This document shows, in pieces, positions 24,295-33,487 of a stretch of DNA of 64,000 bases. The stretch spans positions 28,894,001-28,958,000 of the forward strand of contig NC_086109.1 in the NCBI RefSeq assembly GCF_963921235.1, read 5' to 3'. The stretch is from Mobula hypostoma (Eukaryota). The notes below the pieces were generated by a model, which saw only the letters and a program-made list of their open reading frames with translations, was not told where the DNA came from and ran no database searches. Numbering within the stretch: the stretch's first letter is position 1; each line of letters opens with the position of its first letter. The position numbers and the translations under genes are program-made.

Positions 24295-25152
24295 TGTTAC
24301 GTACCCCGTAACTGGGTTGCCAAACCAGCAGAAATGGATCACTCAGTTGGAGTCTGGAGTACTAGAACTAAGAAAGTTTTATTAAAGAAACAAGCAACAC
24401 AGTAATCGAAAGGATAATAAATGCAACAGTTCAGTGATGATAAACACACATGTGCACAGAATTAAGATAACAGCATCAATCAAGCTCTATCGTTGTCTAG
24501 GGGTAAATGACCAATTTCAAAATGACTCAAAGTTCAGTCCAGTTTAGTAGTTCAGTTCGCAGTAATCGTTGTCATGGCGATGGACAAGGTGGGGAAGAGA
24601 GACATAGAATAGGAACAACTCATCATTCAGCACAGCTTCACTCACAGACCAGCGAGATGGCTCACAAACAGCATTTGGGCGGGTCCTTGGTGATGTCACC
24701 TGAGGTCACTGACTGTGACCCCTCCTCCAGATGCGGTCGATCCTCTGCAGTGAACCCGGCACCCAGGCAAGGGCGGACACACACCGGGTTCCCGCTGATC
24801 GTACCTTTCCACCCTGTGCGTTGTCCGGTTCTTCTCACCACTCGTGAGAGGCGCACCGCTTCCAGGGTCTCGTTACCTCGGGTGGCGTGTGTGTCTGTCT
24901 TAGCGAACCTGTCCCTTTTTATCCCCCTGCTGGGGTATCGCCTGTCCATCACTTCAAACAGTTCAGGGTTCAAAGGGGGGAGCCGCTCCAGACAGCTCTT
25001 CCTCCCACATCCCTTCATTACACATCTCCAGACGCTGCTCCATTGTTCCTTATCTCTCCTTCCCCTGAGGGCAGGTGGCAGACCAACTGCTGATGCCACT
25101 GATGCTAGCCCAGGCCAGCAAACATCTTAATTTTATGTGTATTCTCGTAACA
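24295..25152 (-). repeat. 3' LTR
   Basis: Near-identical to 28264-29121; AATAAA on minus strand at ~24378-24383; TATA-like GATAAAAA at ~24916-24923. Confidence 0.97.
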
Positions 25153-25164
25153 CTTCCCCCCTTT
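25153..25164 (-). other. Polypurine tract
   Basis: Minus strand AAAGGGGGGAAG abutting the 3' LTR. Confidence 0.9.
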
Positions 25165-25324
25165 AAGGATTTTTACCGGGAGGTAAAAATTACAAACATG
25201 ACTACATTATCTGATACATACACAATATACATCTTTAACAGTTATTTAGCTAATACAGAGAATTTGAAGCTGTCAACACCTTGACAGACAGTCATCACAT
25301 TTTCTGTTCCTTTTACACGTGTTA

Positions 25325-28165
25325 TTAATAATCCCTTAGACCAGGCTCCAACTCAGCAAACTTCATAGTGGCCAAAAACACTGATGAATTGCGACCAATG
25401 TAACCTCTCATTTGGTTTTGTCCCGGACCACAACAACAAGGGTCGTCCCATTCCGACTCAATTTTCCCTCGCAAGGGCTTAGTAGGAGGGGGACGGGTAT
25501 TGACCGCAGAGTTATTGCAAAACTTCCTGCAGTACCCCACCATCTCCAAAAGCCTTCTGAGGGCCCTCTTGTCTGTCGGGGTTGGGAGGTCAGCGATAGC
25601 CTGCACTGTAGCTTGCATCACTGCCAGCTGCCCCTGTGTCACCACAATTCCCAGGTAAGTGACATTCGTGTGGCCGAATTCATTTTTTCCAAGGTTCACT
25701 ATCAAGCTGGCTTCAGACAGCCGTGTTAAATTGCCAATACACACCTCTGTGTTCATCAGCCCTTTAGTCACTGAGTTACTCAAAAAATATGGGTGTTGTT
25801 TACTTGGCCGCCCTATTGTAACAGACATAACCCAACGTCCCAGTTCTTTGCATTTCCTCGGGACAATCAAACACATGGGTGCGAGTCGTTTAATTACTCC
25901 TTCGGGGATTAAGGGAGAGACCTTATCAGTAGACCTGGCCAAAACAATAGCCTTCTCCCATCTGACCGATCCCATCCTAATCTTTTCAAAATGGTTTTTT
26001 CCTCTTAGCAGGGGGCCCCTCGCTTCATTGATTTCCACGCTAACACCGACTAGGTTTGTTAGCATATCAAAAGCCGGTGACCGTCTCAGTTCGCGTCGGT
26101 CATGATCAATAACATTTTTCCCCCTGGGCAGCCGGTAAATCTCTTTCATGATTCCACCAACTGTTTCCTCCAGCACCGCAAAATGTCCACCGGGGGGTAC
26201 CTCGTGGGCCATGTTAAAAACCTCATCCCCGTAACTCTTTTGCACCACCCCCCACTCCTTATCTGCGGATGCTGTACTTGATTTCCCTTTCTTCCTTAGC
26301 ACTTCCTCATCCGCACAATAGCTTGTCAAGGCTGTGTCAGAGAGAGCGGTCTCGGCAAAAACCATCAGCCCCTCGTCTCGCTCCTGCGTCTGCACAAATT
26401 CTTTCCTGGCTACTGCTACGTCCGTCCCAGCTCCCTCACTACCTCTTATCTCACTACACCCTGTCTCATACAAGGTTGGCAGAAATGTTTCAGCCAAATT
26501 CACCATCGCGGGCGGGGCCTCCATGCTGGCAGGCTGACCCGTCAATCTCACGACTGGGAACACGATTCCTCCGGCGATGTCATTACCGAGCAAGACTTCC
26601 ACGTCTTTCATCGGTAATTCGGACCTCACCCCAATCGTGACTAGTCCAGAGACCAGGTTGCTCTGTAAATGTATCTGGTGCAAAGGGACTGACTCTGTCC
26701 CTTCCCCAACACCTTTGACCTCTACCTCCCCAGTCTGGGTCTCTGAGCTAAACTCTAATACACTCTTCAGTATTAGTGACTGACACGCTCCCGTGTCTCT
26801 CCAGATCCGCACTGGAACTGGTTTTAACCTCTTTTTCACTGACACCAGTCCGGCCGAGATAAACCTCTCGCGCCCTTCCTGGACTTTTTCAGACCTGTCC
26901 TTCCCTAGCGGTTCGCTTAACAGCTCAATACAGCCATTCAAAATTTCCGCTTTTCCTTTCCCCGTCTCCTTCCTTGGGGCAAAGCACCTGGACGCAAAGT
27001 GTCCGACTTTCCCACAATTATAACAGACGACCCCAGGAGACTTCCTACCAGACTGCTCCCGGTCTACCTTATCCTTTTCACTAGTCCCCGGCTTACTTTC
27101 TGACTTTTCCGGTGGACTCTCCCCGCCGTCCTGACTACCCTTCTGGTAGCCTTTACTCGGGGCAACCTTCATTTTATGCGTCAACGCATACTCATCCGCT
27201 AACTTAGCAGTTGCGGCTAACGTGGCTGCCTCTTTCTCATCGAGGTAGGGTCTCATACCCTCAGGGACACAACCTTTAAACTGCTCAATCAGAACCAGTT
27301 GCAGCAGTCTGTCATAATCCCCCTCTACCCCCTTCGAGGCGCACCAACGCTCACAATATGTTTGCATCTCACGAGCAAACTCCAAATACGTGCGGTCCCA
27401 CCGCTTCCTCGCATTCCGAAACCTCTGCCGGTATGCCTCCGGGACCAACTCATAAATCCTGAGGATGGCCTCCTTCACCACCTCATACTTCTGGGCATCT
27501 TCCGGGGATAAAGCGGAGTAAGCTTGTTGGGCTTTCCCTTTCAGTACACTCTGAAGTAAAACAACCCACTTATCCCTCGGCCAGTCCTGACTTATAGCTA
27601 CTTTTTCGAAGTGGAGAAAGTACCGATCCACATCGGTATCGTCAAATGGGGGAACCAGCCTAACCTCCTGGGTCGCCCGGAACCCTCCACCTTGGTTCGG
27701 CACGAGCCCCTGCTCGGCCTTTATCTTTAACTTCTCCAGCTCAAATTCCCTTTCCCTCTGTTTCTCCTCTCTCTCCAACTGTCTGTCCCTCTCTCTCTCT
27801 TCTCTCTCCAACTGTCTTTCTCTCTCTTGCCTTTCTACCTCTCTTTCTTTCTCCTGCCTTTCTAACTCTCTCTCTTTGTGTTCTAACTGCCGTACCCGGA
27901 ACTCGTGCTCGAGTCTCAGTTTTTCAAGCTGTACCTGTACCGCGTCTCCAGCAGGTTTTTCAATAGACACCTCCCCCAGCTCACCTTGGGGAAACACACC
28001 TTTAGATACATAGTGCTCTACAATAGCTCTGTGTATCTCCTCTCTCCTCATTGTCGACTTCACCTTAGCAAGATTCACCCGTTTTGCCACAGCTATCAAT
28101 TCCGATTTCCTGGCATCCTCTAATGCCTCCAAGGTCGGCGCCTTTATAAATTCCTCAACCTCCAT
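25325..28165 (-). CDS. Gag-protease polyprotein (coiled coil, CA/SCAN-like, CCHC, aspartic protease) with in-frame vestigial integrase and RT
   Basis: aa ~80-150 E/R/K coiled coil; RLVPPF..YFLHFEKVA..W; PEAYRQRFR..LIEQF..LADEY (SCAN-like); CYNCGKVGHFASRC; RDTGA..LLGND; AHEVPPGGH; PSKQHPY; VCIGN at the YIDD position; YLG..PTPTDKRALRRLLEMVGYCRKFC. Confidence 0.93.
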   Translation of the reverse strand: MEVEEFIKAPTLEALEDARKSELIAVAKRVNLAKVKSTMRREEIHRAIVEHYVSKGVFPQGELGEVSIEKPAGDAVQVQLEKLRLEHEFRVRQLEHKERELERQEKEREVERQERERQLEREERERDRQLEREEKQREREFELEKLKIKAEQGLVPNQGGGFRATQEVRLVPPFDDTDVDRYFLHFEKVAISQDWPRDKWVVLLQSVLKGKAQQAYSALSPEDAQKYEVVKEAILRIYELVPEAYRQRFRNARKRWDRTYLEFAREMQTYCERWCASKGVEGDYDRLLQLVLIEQFKGCVPEGMRPYLDEKEAATLAATAKLADEYALTHKMKVAPSKGYQKGSQDGGESPPEKSESKPGTSEKDKVDREQSGRKSPGVVCYNCGKVGHFASRCFAPRKETGKGKAEILNGCIELLSEPLGKDRSEKVQEGRERFISAGLVSVKKRLKPVPVRIWRDTGACQSLILKSVLEFSSETQTGEVEVKGVGEGTESVPLHQIHLQSNLVSGLVTIGVRSELPMKDVEVLLGNDIAGGIVFPVVRLTGQPASMEAPPAMVNLAETFLPTLYETGCSEIRGSEGAGTDVAVARKEFVQTQERDEGLMVFAETALSDTALTSYCADEEVLRKKGKSSTASADKEWGVVQKSYGDEVFNMAHEVPPGGHFAVLEETVGGIMKEIYRLPRGKNVIDHDRRELRRSPAFDMLTNLVGVSVEINEARGPLLRGKNHFEKIRMGSVRWEKAIVLARSTDKVSPLIPEGVIKRLAPMCLIVPRKCKELGRWVMSVTIGRPSKQHPYFLSNSVTKGLMNTEVCIGNLTRLSEASLIVNLGKNEFGHTNVTYLGIVVTQGQLAVMQATVQAIADLPTPTDKRALRRLLEMVGYCRKFCNNSAVNTRPPPTKPLRGKIESEWDDPCCCGPGQNQMRGYIGRNSSVFLATMKFAELEPGLRDY

Positions 28166-28241
28166 TTCTGCTGTTTGTCTTTTCTTTCTTTCGGGAATTT
28201 TAACCCAATCAATTTACTCCGTCCCAAATTTAGCGTTCAAA

Positions 28242-28259
28242 ATCCCGGACGAGCCCCCA
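28242..28259 (-). other. Primer-binding site, tRNA-Pro
   Basis: Minus strand TGGGGGCTCGTCCGGGAT, 4 nt after the 5' LTR; the canonical tRNA-Pro PBS. Confidence 0.95.
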
Positions 28260-28263
28260 CTTA

Positions 28264-29121
28264 TGTTACGTACCCCATAACTGGGTTGCCAAACCAGCAG
28301 AAATGGATCACTCAGTTGGAGTCTGGAGTACTAGAACTAAGAAAGTTTTATTAAAGAAACAAGCAACACAGTAATCGAAAGGATAATAAATGCAACAGTT
28401 CAGTGATGATAAACACACATGTGCACAGAATTAAGATAACAGCATCAATCAAGCTCTATCGTTGTCTAGGGGTAAATGACCAATTTCAAAATGACTCAAA
28501 GTTCAGTCCAGTTTAGTAGTTCAGTTCGCAGTAATCGTTGTCATGGCGATGGACAAGGTGGGGAAGAGAGACATAGAATAGGAACAACTCATCATTCAGC
28601 ACAGCTTCACTCACAGACCAGCGAGATGGCTCACAAACAGCATTTGGGCGGGTCCTTGGTGATGTCACCTGAGGTCACCGACTGTGACCCCTCCTCCAGA
28701 TGCGGTCGATCCTCTGCAGTGAACCCGGCACCCAGGCAAGGGCGGACACACACCGGGTTCCCGCTGATCGTACCTTTCCACCCTGTGCGTTGTCCGGTTC
28801 TTCTCACCACTCGTGAGAGGCGCACCGCTTCCAGGGTCTCGTTACCTCGGGTGGCGTGTGTGTCTGTCTTAGCGAACCTGTCCCTTTTTATCCCCCTGCT
28901 GGGGTATCGCCTGTCCATCACTTCAAACAGTTCAGGGTTCAAAGGGGGGAGCCGCTCCAGACAGCTCTTCCTCCCACATCCCTTCATTACACATCTCCAG
29001 ACGCTGCTCCATTGTTCCTTATCTCTCCTTCCCCTGAGGGCAGGTGGCAGACCAACTGCTGATGCCACTGATGCTAGCCCAGGCCAGCAAACATCTTAAT
29101 TTTATGTGTATTCTCGTAACA
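28264..29121 (-). repeat. 5' LTR
   Basis: Near-identical to 24295-25152; followed on the minus strand by PBS and gag. Confidence 0.97.
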
Positions 29122-30034
29122 CACTATATAAATATTACCAATGAAAGACTCAACATGTTTCCATAAAAATCTTATGGCTACTTTTTTTTAAAACAAGATG
29201 TTAATCATTTTACTTTAATTAGGTTAATACCCATGTTACATAAAAAACAAAAGAAAATATTTGCGATGCGATATTCACGCAGTATATTTTCAAGCACAGT
29301 AAATTTCAGATGTTTGATTTACGGATTTTCCATTTAATAATCTGATTACGATCATCAGCAAGCTAGTTCTAATTGTAGCCTTCACCCCATTTAATTTTTT
29401 TAATGGCCATTTCCCGTTGGGTTCTCCTCATCTCCACCGCCAATAGACTCAGTGCATTTGATTTAAATTATTTGACTTGATAATGTCCTTTCCATTTCCT
29501 TAATGCACTCACTACTTAGATAATTGATGAATATTAACCGAGTTGATTTCCGGGCACAACAGTGCTGAAATGTACAACCGTGATTCAGTAAATGCTTTTT
29601 TTCACTATTAAACTCTCACTTAATTGACCTGCACATTTACAGCTAAATGCAGAACATTAATAATAGACATAACCAGCTGTTCCTGTTATCTATTTCCATT
29701 GATTAGCAAGATAGCAAAGAGAAAAATATTATTGTCTGAATAATGATTTGTATTAACTCAAAGAAACCATCTTGACCTGCTATATTGTAGAACTCATTTA
29801 CTGTAAATGTGGCTCTAATAACGCTATTTTCATGTTTGAAAATGATCCAATTTGCTTGTTGATTTTTCAGTCTGTAAAACTACTACATTATAACTGAATA
29901 GTTCTGATGACATTTCAAGGCATATAAAAAAGCAAATTAAGAAATTCTTCTCAGACCTTTAACTGTGCTGCTGCTCTTTTGAACGTCTGTTGATTCTTTT
30001 TATTGTTGCATAATTATTTTTTATATTTTTGTTA

Positions 30035-30254
30035 TATTGAGATACAGCACAGAATAGGCTATTACGACAATTTAACCCTAGCCTAATCTCGGGACAATCT
30101 ACAATAACCAATTAACCTACTAACCAGTATACCTTTGGACTGTAGGAGGAAATCCAAGTGGTCATGGGGACAACTCTTACAGGCAGCAGCTGGCATTGAA
30201 TCTGGGTCGCCTGTACTGTAAAGAGTTGTGCTAACCACTACACTACCATGCCAC
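30035..30254 (-). mobile_element. V-SINE (HE1-like)
   Basis: Reverse complement of the family at 5750 and 60196 (ctttggactgt.ggaggaaa; gctaaccactac.ctaccatgcc). Confidence 0.75.
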
Positions 30255-30309
30255 TTTAAGATGAATGAAAATCATGTTATATTTCACCACAATAATTAAA
30301 GATTATGAA

Positions 30310-30382
30310 CGCACAACGTGGGGCTCGAACCCACGACCCTGGGATTAAGAGTCCCATGCTCTACCGACTGAGCTAGCCGGGC
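30310..30382 (-). tRNA. tRNA-Lys-CTT: tRNA-Lys (anticodon CTT), one acceptor-stem mismatch (C3:U70)
   Basis: 73 nt GCCCGGCTAGCTCAGTCGGTAGAGCATGGGACTCTTAATCCCAGGGTCGTGGGTTCGAGCCCCACGTTGTGCG; matches the vertebrate Lys-CTT sequence except G70T; no encoded CCA. Confidence 0.93.
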
Positions 30383-30504
30383 TCATATTACAACTCATAT
30401 TTATATAACATAGCTAATAGATTCAAAACACTATATTTTCAGAAAATTAAATCAAAACTAAATTATGGACAAGTTAGAGAAAATTTCTAAACACCTTGTT
30501 AATA

Positions 30505-31703
30505 AGATTCAATACCATAACAGATTTGATGATGACACTACTGTTGTTGGCTGAATGATAAGTCAACATTTGAAGTGAGATCAAACACCTGATTGAGTGG
30601 TGCTTCCATAACAACCTCTTGCTCAGCATTACAAAAAGCAAGGAACCAATTGCTGACTTTAGAAAGAGGAAGTCAGGAGACCATTTGCCAATTTTAATTA
30701 GTGGGTTGGAGGTAGCAGCTTCATGTTCCTGGGTATTAACCTTTTGGATGGCCTATCTTGGGGCCAGCACACACCTGTAATCATGAAATTGCCTCTCATT
30801 TCTTAGAATCATAAGGAAATTCAACAAATTACCAAATACTTTGGTAAACTTCTACAGGCGGACTGTGGAAAATATCCTGACTAGTTGCTTCGTATGGCAA
30901 TCAGCCTCATTGGTCTTCATCAGGGGAATAACGGTGGAAAGGGTCAGCAATTTTTATTTCCTCGGTTTCAGGAGACCTGTTCTGGGTCCAGCGTGCAAGT
31001 TCAATTACAAAGAAAGCACAGCAGCACCCCTTTCATAGAGGTTTGTGAAGATTCAGCATTGCACCCAATACTTTAACAAACATCTATAAATGTGTGGAGG
31101 AGAGCATATGGGCAGGTTGCATTGCAGCCTGTTATTGAAACACCACACTATTGCCCTTGGATGGAAAATCTGACAAAAATAATGGACACAGCCCAGTCCA
31201 CCATGGGTAATGCCCACCACTCCATTGAACACATCTACATGGAGCACTGTCCCAGGAAAGAAGGACCCATCTTCAGGGACTCCCACCACCCAGGTCATGC
31301 TCTTTTCTTGTTGCTGCCATCAGGAAGAAGGTACAGGAGCCTCAGATCTCACGCCACCAGTTTCAGGAACAGTTATTCAACCCTTAACTATCAGGTGCTT
31401 GAACCAGTGGGGATAATTTCATTCAACTTCACTTGCCCCATCACTGAATTGTTCCCAAAACCTATGAACTCACTTTCAGAGACTCTTCCTCTCATGTTCT
31501 TGAAATTTAATGCTTATTTATTTATTATTATTATTCTTTTTTGTATTTGAAGTTTGTAGTCTTTTGCACATTGGTTGTTTGTCCGCCCTGACGGTTGTGG
31601 TCTTTCATTGCTCCTGTTACGGTTCCTGAATTTACTGAGTATGTCTGCAAGAAAACAAATCTCAGGGTTGGATATGGTAACATAAATGTTCTTTGAATTT
31701 TGA
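30505..31703 (+). mobile_element. Rex1/Babar-like LINE fragments (RT C-terminus and 3' UTR; internally rearranged)
   Basis: F.DDTTVVG, W...NNLLL...K.KE.I.DFR, NFYRRTVENILTSC, DSHHPGHALF.LLPSGRRYRSLR. Confidence 0.8.
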
Positions 31704-32024
31704 AGATCCATCTGGTCTGCCAAGTAAATCACAATGGTGCAAATAATTTAGCCATGTTGCCTGGTTTAATGCAATCCAATTAACACAATCCCATTGTTTT
31801 AATGCTTGGCTCTTGCATATGCAATCTCTTAATCTGATGTGCAGCCTATGCTCTTAACTCCAATTTACTGCTTGCAATTTACAAAATAAAACTGAAGGCT
31901 AATTGTAGGCTTACATTACATTTTATTTAGATTTACAGTAAGAACTGAATCCAGATTTTTGTTTTAATTAATATCTGCTATACTCACATAATTCCAGAAT
32001 ACTCCCTAACGACAAACAGGCCTG

Positions 32025-33400
32025 AGATGAGCAGAAATCCCTTCACTCTGGATTGTGGTGAGCCTGTGAAATTCTCCATCATAGAAGTCTATGCAGGCTA
32101 AACATAATTAAGAAGTCGATATACTTCTTGACACAAAATGCGTCAATGGGCATGGGGAGAGAGCAAGAACGTGATTATGAAATACAGGATTAGCCATAAT
32201 ATGACTGAATGCTGGAACAGACGTAGATAGCGTGGCAAGTGATAGACTTTCAACAGTGAGGTAGAGAGCGTTCCGAGTCAGCATGCTTATGTTAGAGTGC
32301 AGGGAAATGGGCAGGATTAGAGACTCAGGCTGATGAGGGATTTTGAAGCCCGTGTCAGGAGAAAGGAGGCATATATCAGGCATAGGCAACAGGATCAAGC
32401 AATTTTCTCAAGGGGTATAAGAAATGGAGGATTAAACTCGAGAAGGAAATCAGGAGGGTAAAAAGTGGAGATGAGCTGGCCTCAGCAGATAAGGTAAAGG
32501 AGAAATCTAAGAAATTCCATATTAGGAACCAAATGGTAACTGGGGAAACAAAAGACTCCATTAAGCATCAGTGTATTTATCTATGTTTGGGGCCATTGGA
32601 GTTGGGTGACTTAAGCGAATACTTCTAATCAATATTTACAATGTAGAATGTCATGGAAGCCAGGGAATTCTGGGAATTCACTGAATACAGGCCAAGGAGC
32701 CTAACATCAGAGATAAGATGCTGGCAGGGATTCTGAGAGACACGATCTACCAGAATTTTGAAAGACGACGGCTGGTGAGGGGTAGCCAGCATGGTTTTGT
32801 GCGCAGACAACGATATATGAATTTGATGGAATTTTTGAAGAGATTACAAAAAGGCAGGACAGTAAGCTTTGTTAATATGAATGTTACTGAATCTTTTGAC
32901 AGAGTACTGCATGGCAAGCTGGTTCAGAAGGTAGATCACGTGTGACTCAAAGTAGGACAGTTAACTGGATACAAAATTGGTTTGGTGATTCAAATGGTTG
33001 CAATAGAACACCCACAAGATGCTGGAGGAACTCAGTATGTCAGGCAGCGACTATGGAAGGGAATAATCAGCGGACATTTTAGTCCTGATGAAGGTCCTCA
33101 GCCCAGAACATTGACTGTTCGTTCCCCTCCATAGATGCTGCCTGACTTCCTTAGATCCTCCAGCATTTTGTGATTTGCTCAGGATTTCCAGCATTTGTAG
33201 AATATATTGTGTTTATGGTTGCAGTGGAAAGCTGCTTCTCAGATAGGAGATCTGTGCCACAAGGATCAGGGCTGGTTTGCCACTCGTTTGTCTTATATAT
33301 ATTAACCATTAGGATGAGAGTAAATGGCTTTATTAGCAAGTTTGCAGATAACACCAAAATTGACGGTGTGGTGATCAGTGAAAAAGGTCGTCTAACATTA
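32025..33400 (+). mobile_element. CR1-like LINE fragments, degenerate
   Basis: SQHGFV, SFDRVLHGKL, VPQGS.L, ISKFADNTKI.GVV; split by a Penelope fold-back at 33003-33200. Confidence 0.75.
33003..33200. mobile_element. Fold-back Penelope-derived mini-element
   Basis: gatgctggaggaactcag..tcaggcagc..ctatgga (left) is inverted relative to tccatagatgctgcctga..tcctccagcatt (right); degenerate hammerhead in the centre. Confidence 0.8.
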
Positions 33401-33487
33401 TTGTTAGGAAAATTCATGAGACATGGAATTATGTGAATAGAACAGATATTAATTCAAATGAGAACCAGCCTTCAGGAAACTTATTTA

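Larger units (their letters stand above)
24295..29121 (-). mobile_element. Full-length, very young non-autonomous Gmr1-like Ty3/Gypsy LTR retrotransposon (4827 bp)
   Basis: Two 858-bp LTRs (tgttacg...cgtaaca) with only two differences seen by eye; TSD cact at 24291-24294 and 29122-29125; PBS, PPT, one 946-aa ORF. Confidence 0.97.

Noticed and set aside
24507..25130. 207-aa (+) and 145-aa (-) ORFs, duplicated at 28476-29099
   Set aside because: They lie wholly in the LTRs, so the duplication is just LTR identity; no recognisable domain, and GC-rich DNA gives chance ORFs.
25325..28165. Domesticated host SCAN gene
   Set aside because: Flanked by near-identical LTRs and a TSD, so it is a recent insertion; no C2H2 array.
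24295..29121. Endogenous retrovirus call because of the MLV-like tRNA-Pro PBS
   Set aside because: No env or retroviral Gag; Gag, protease and domain order are Gmr1-like Gypsy.
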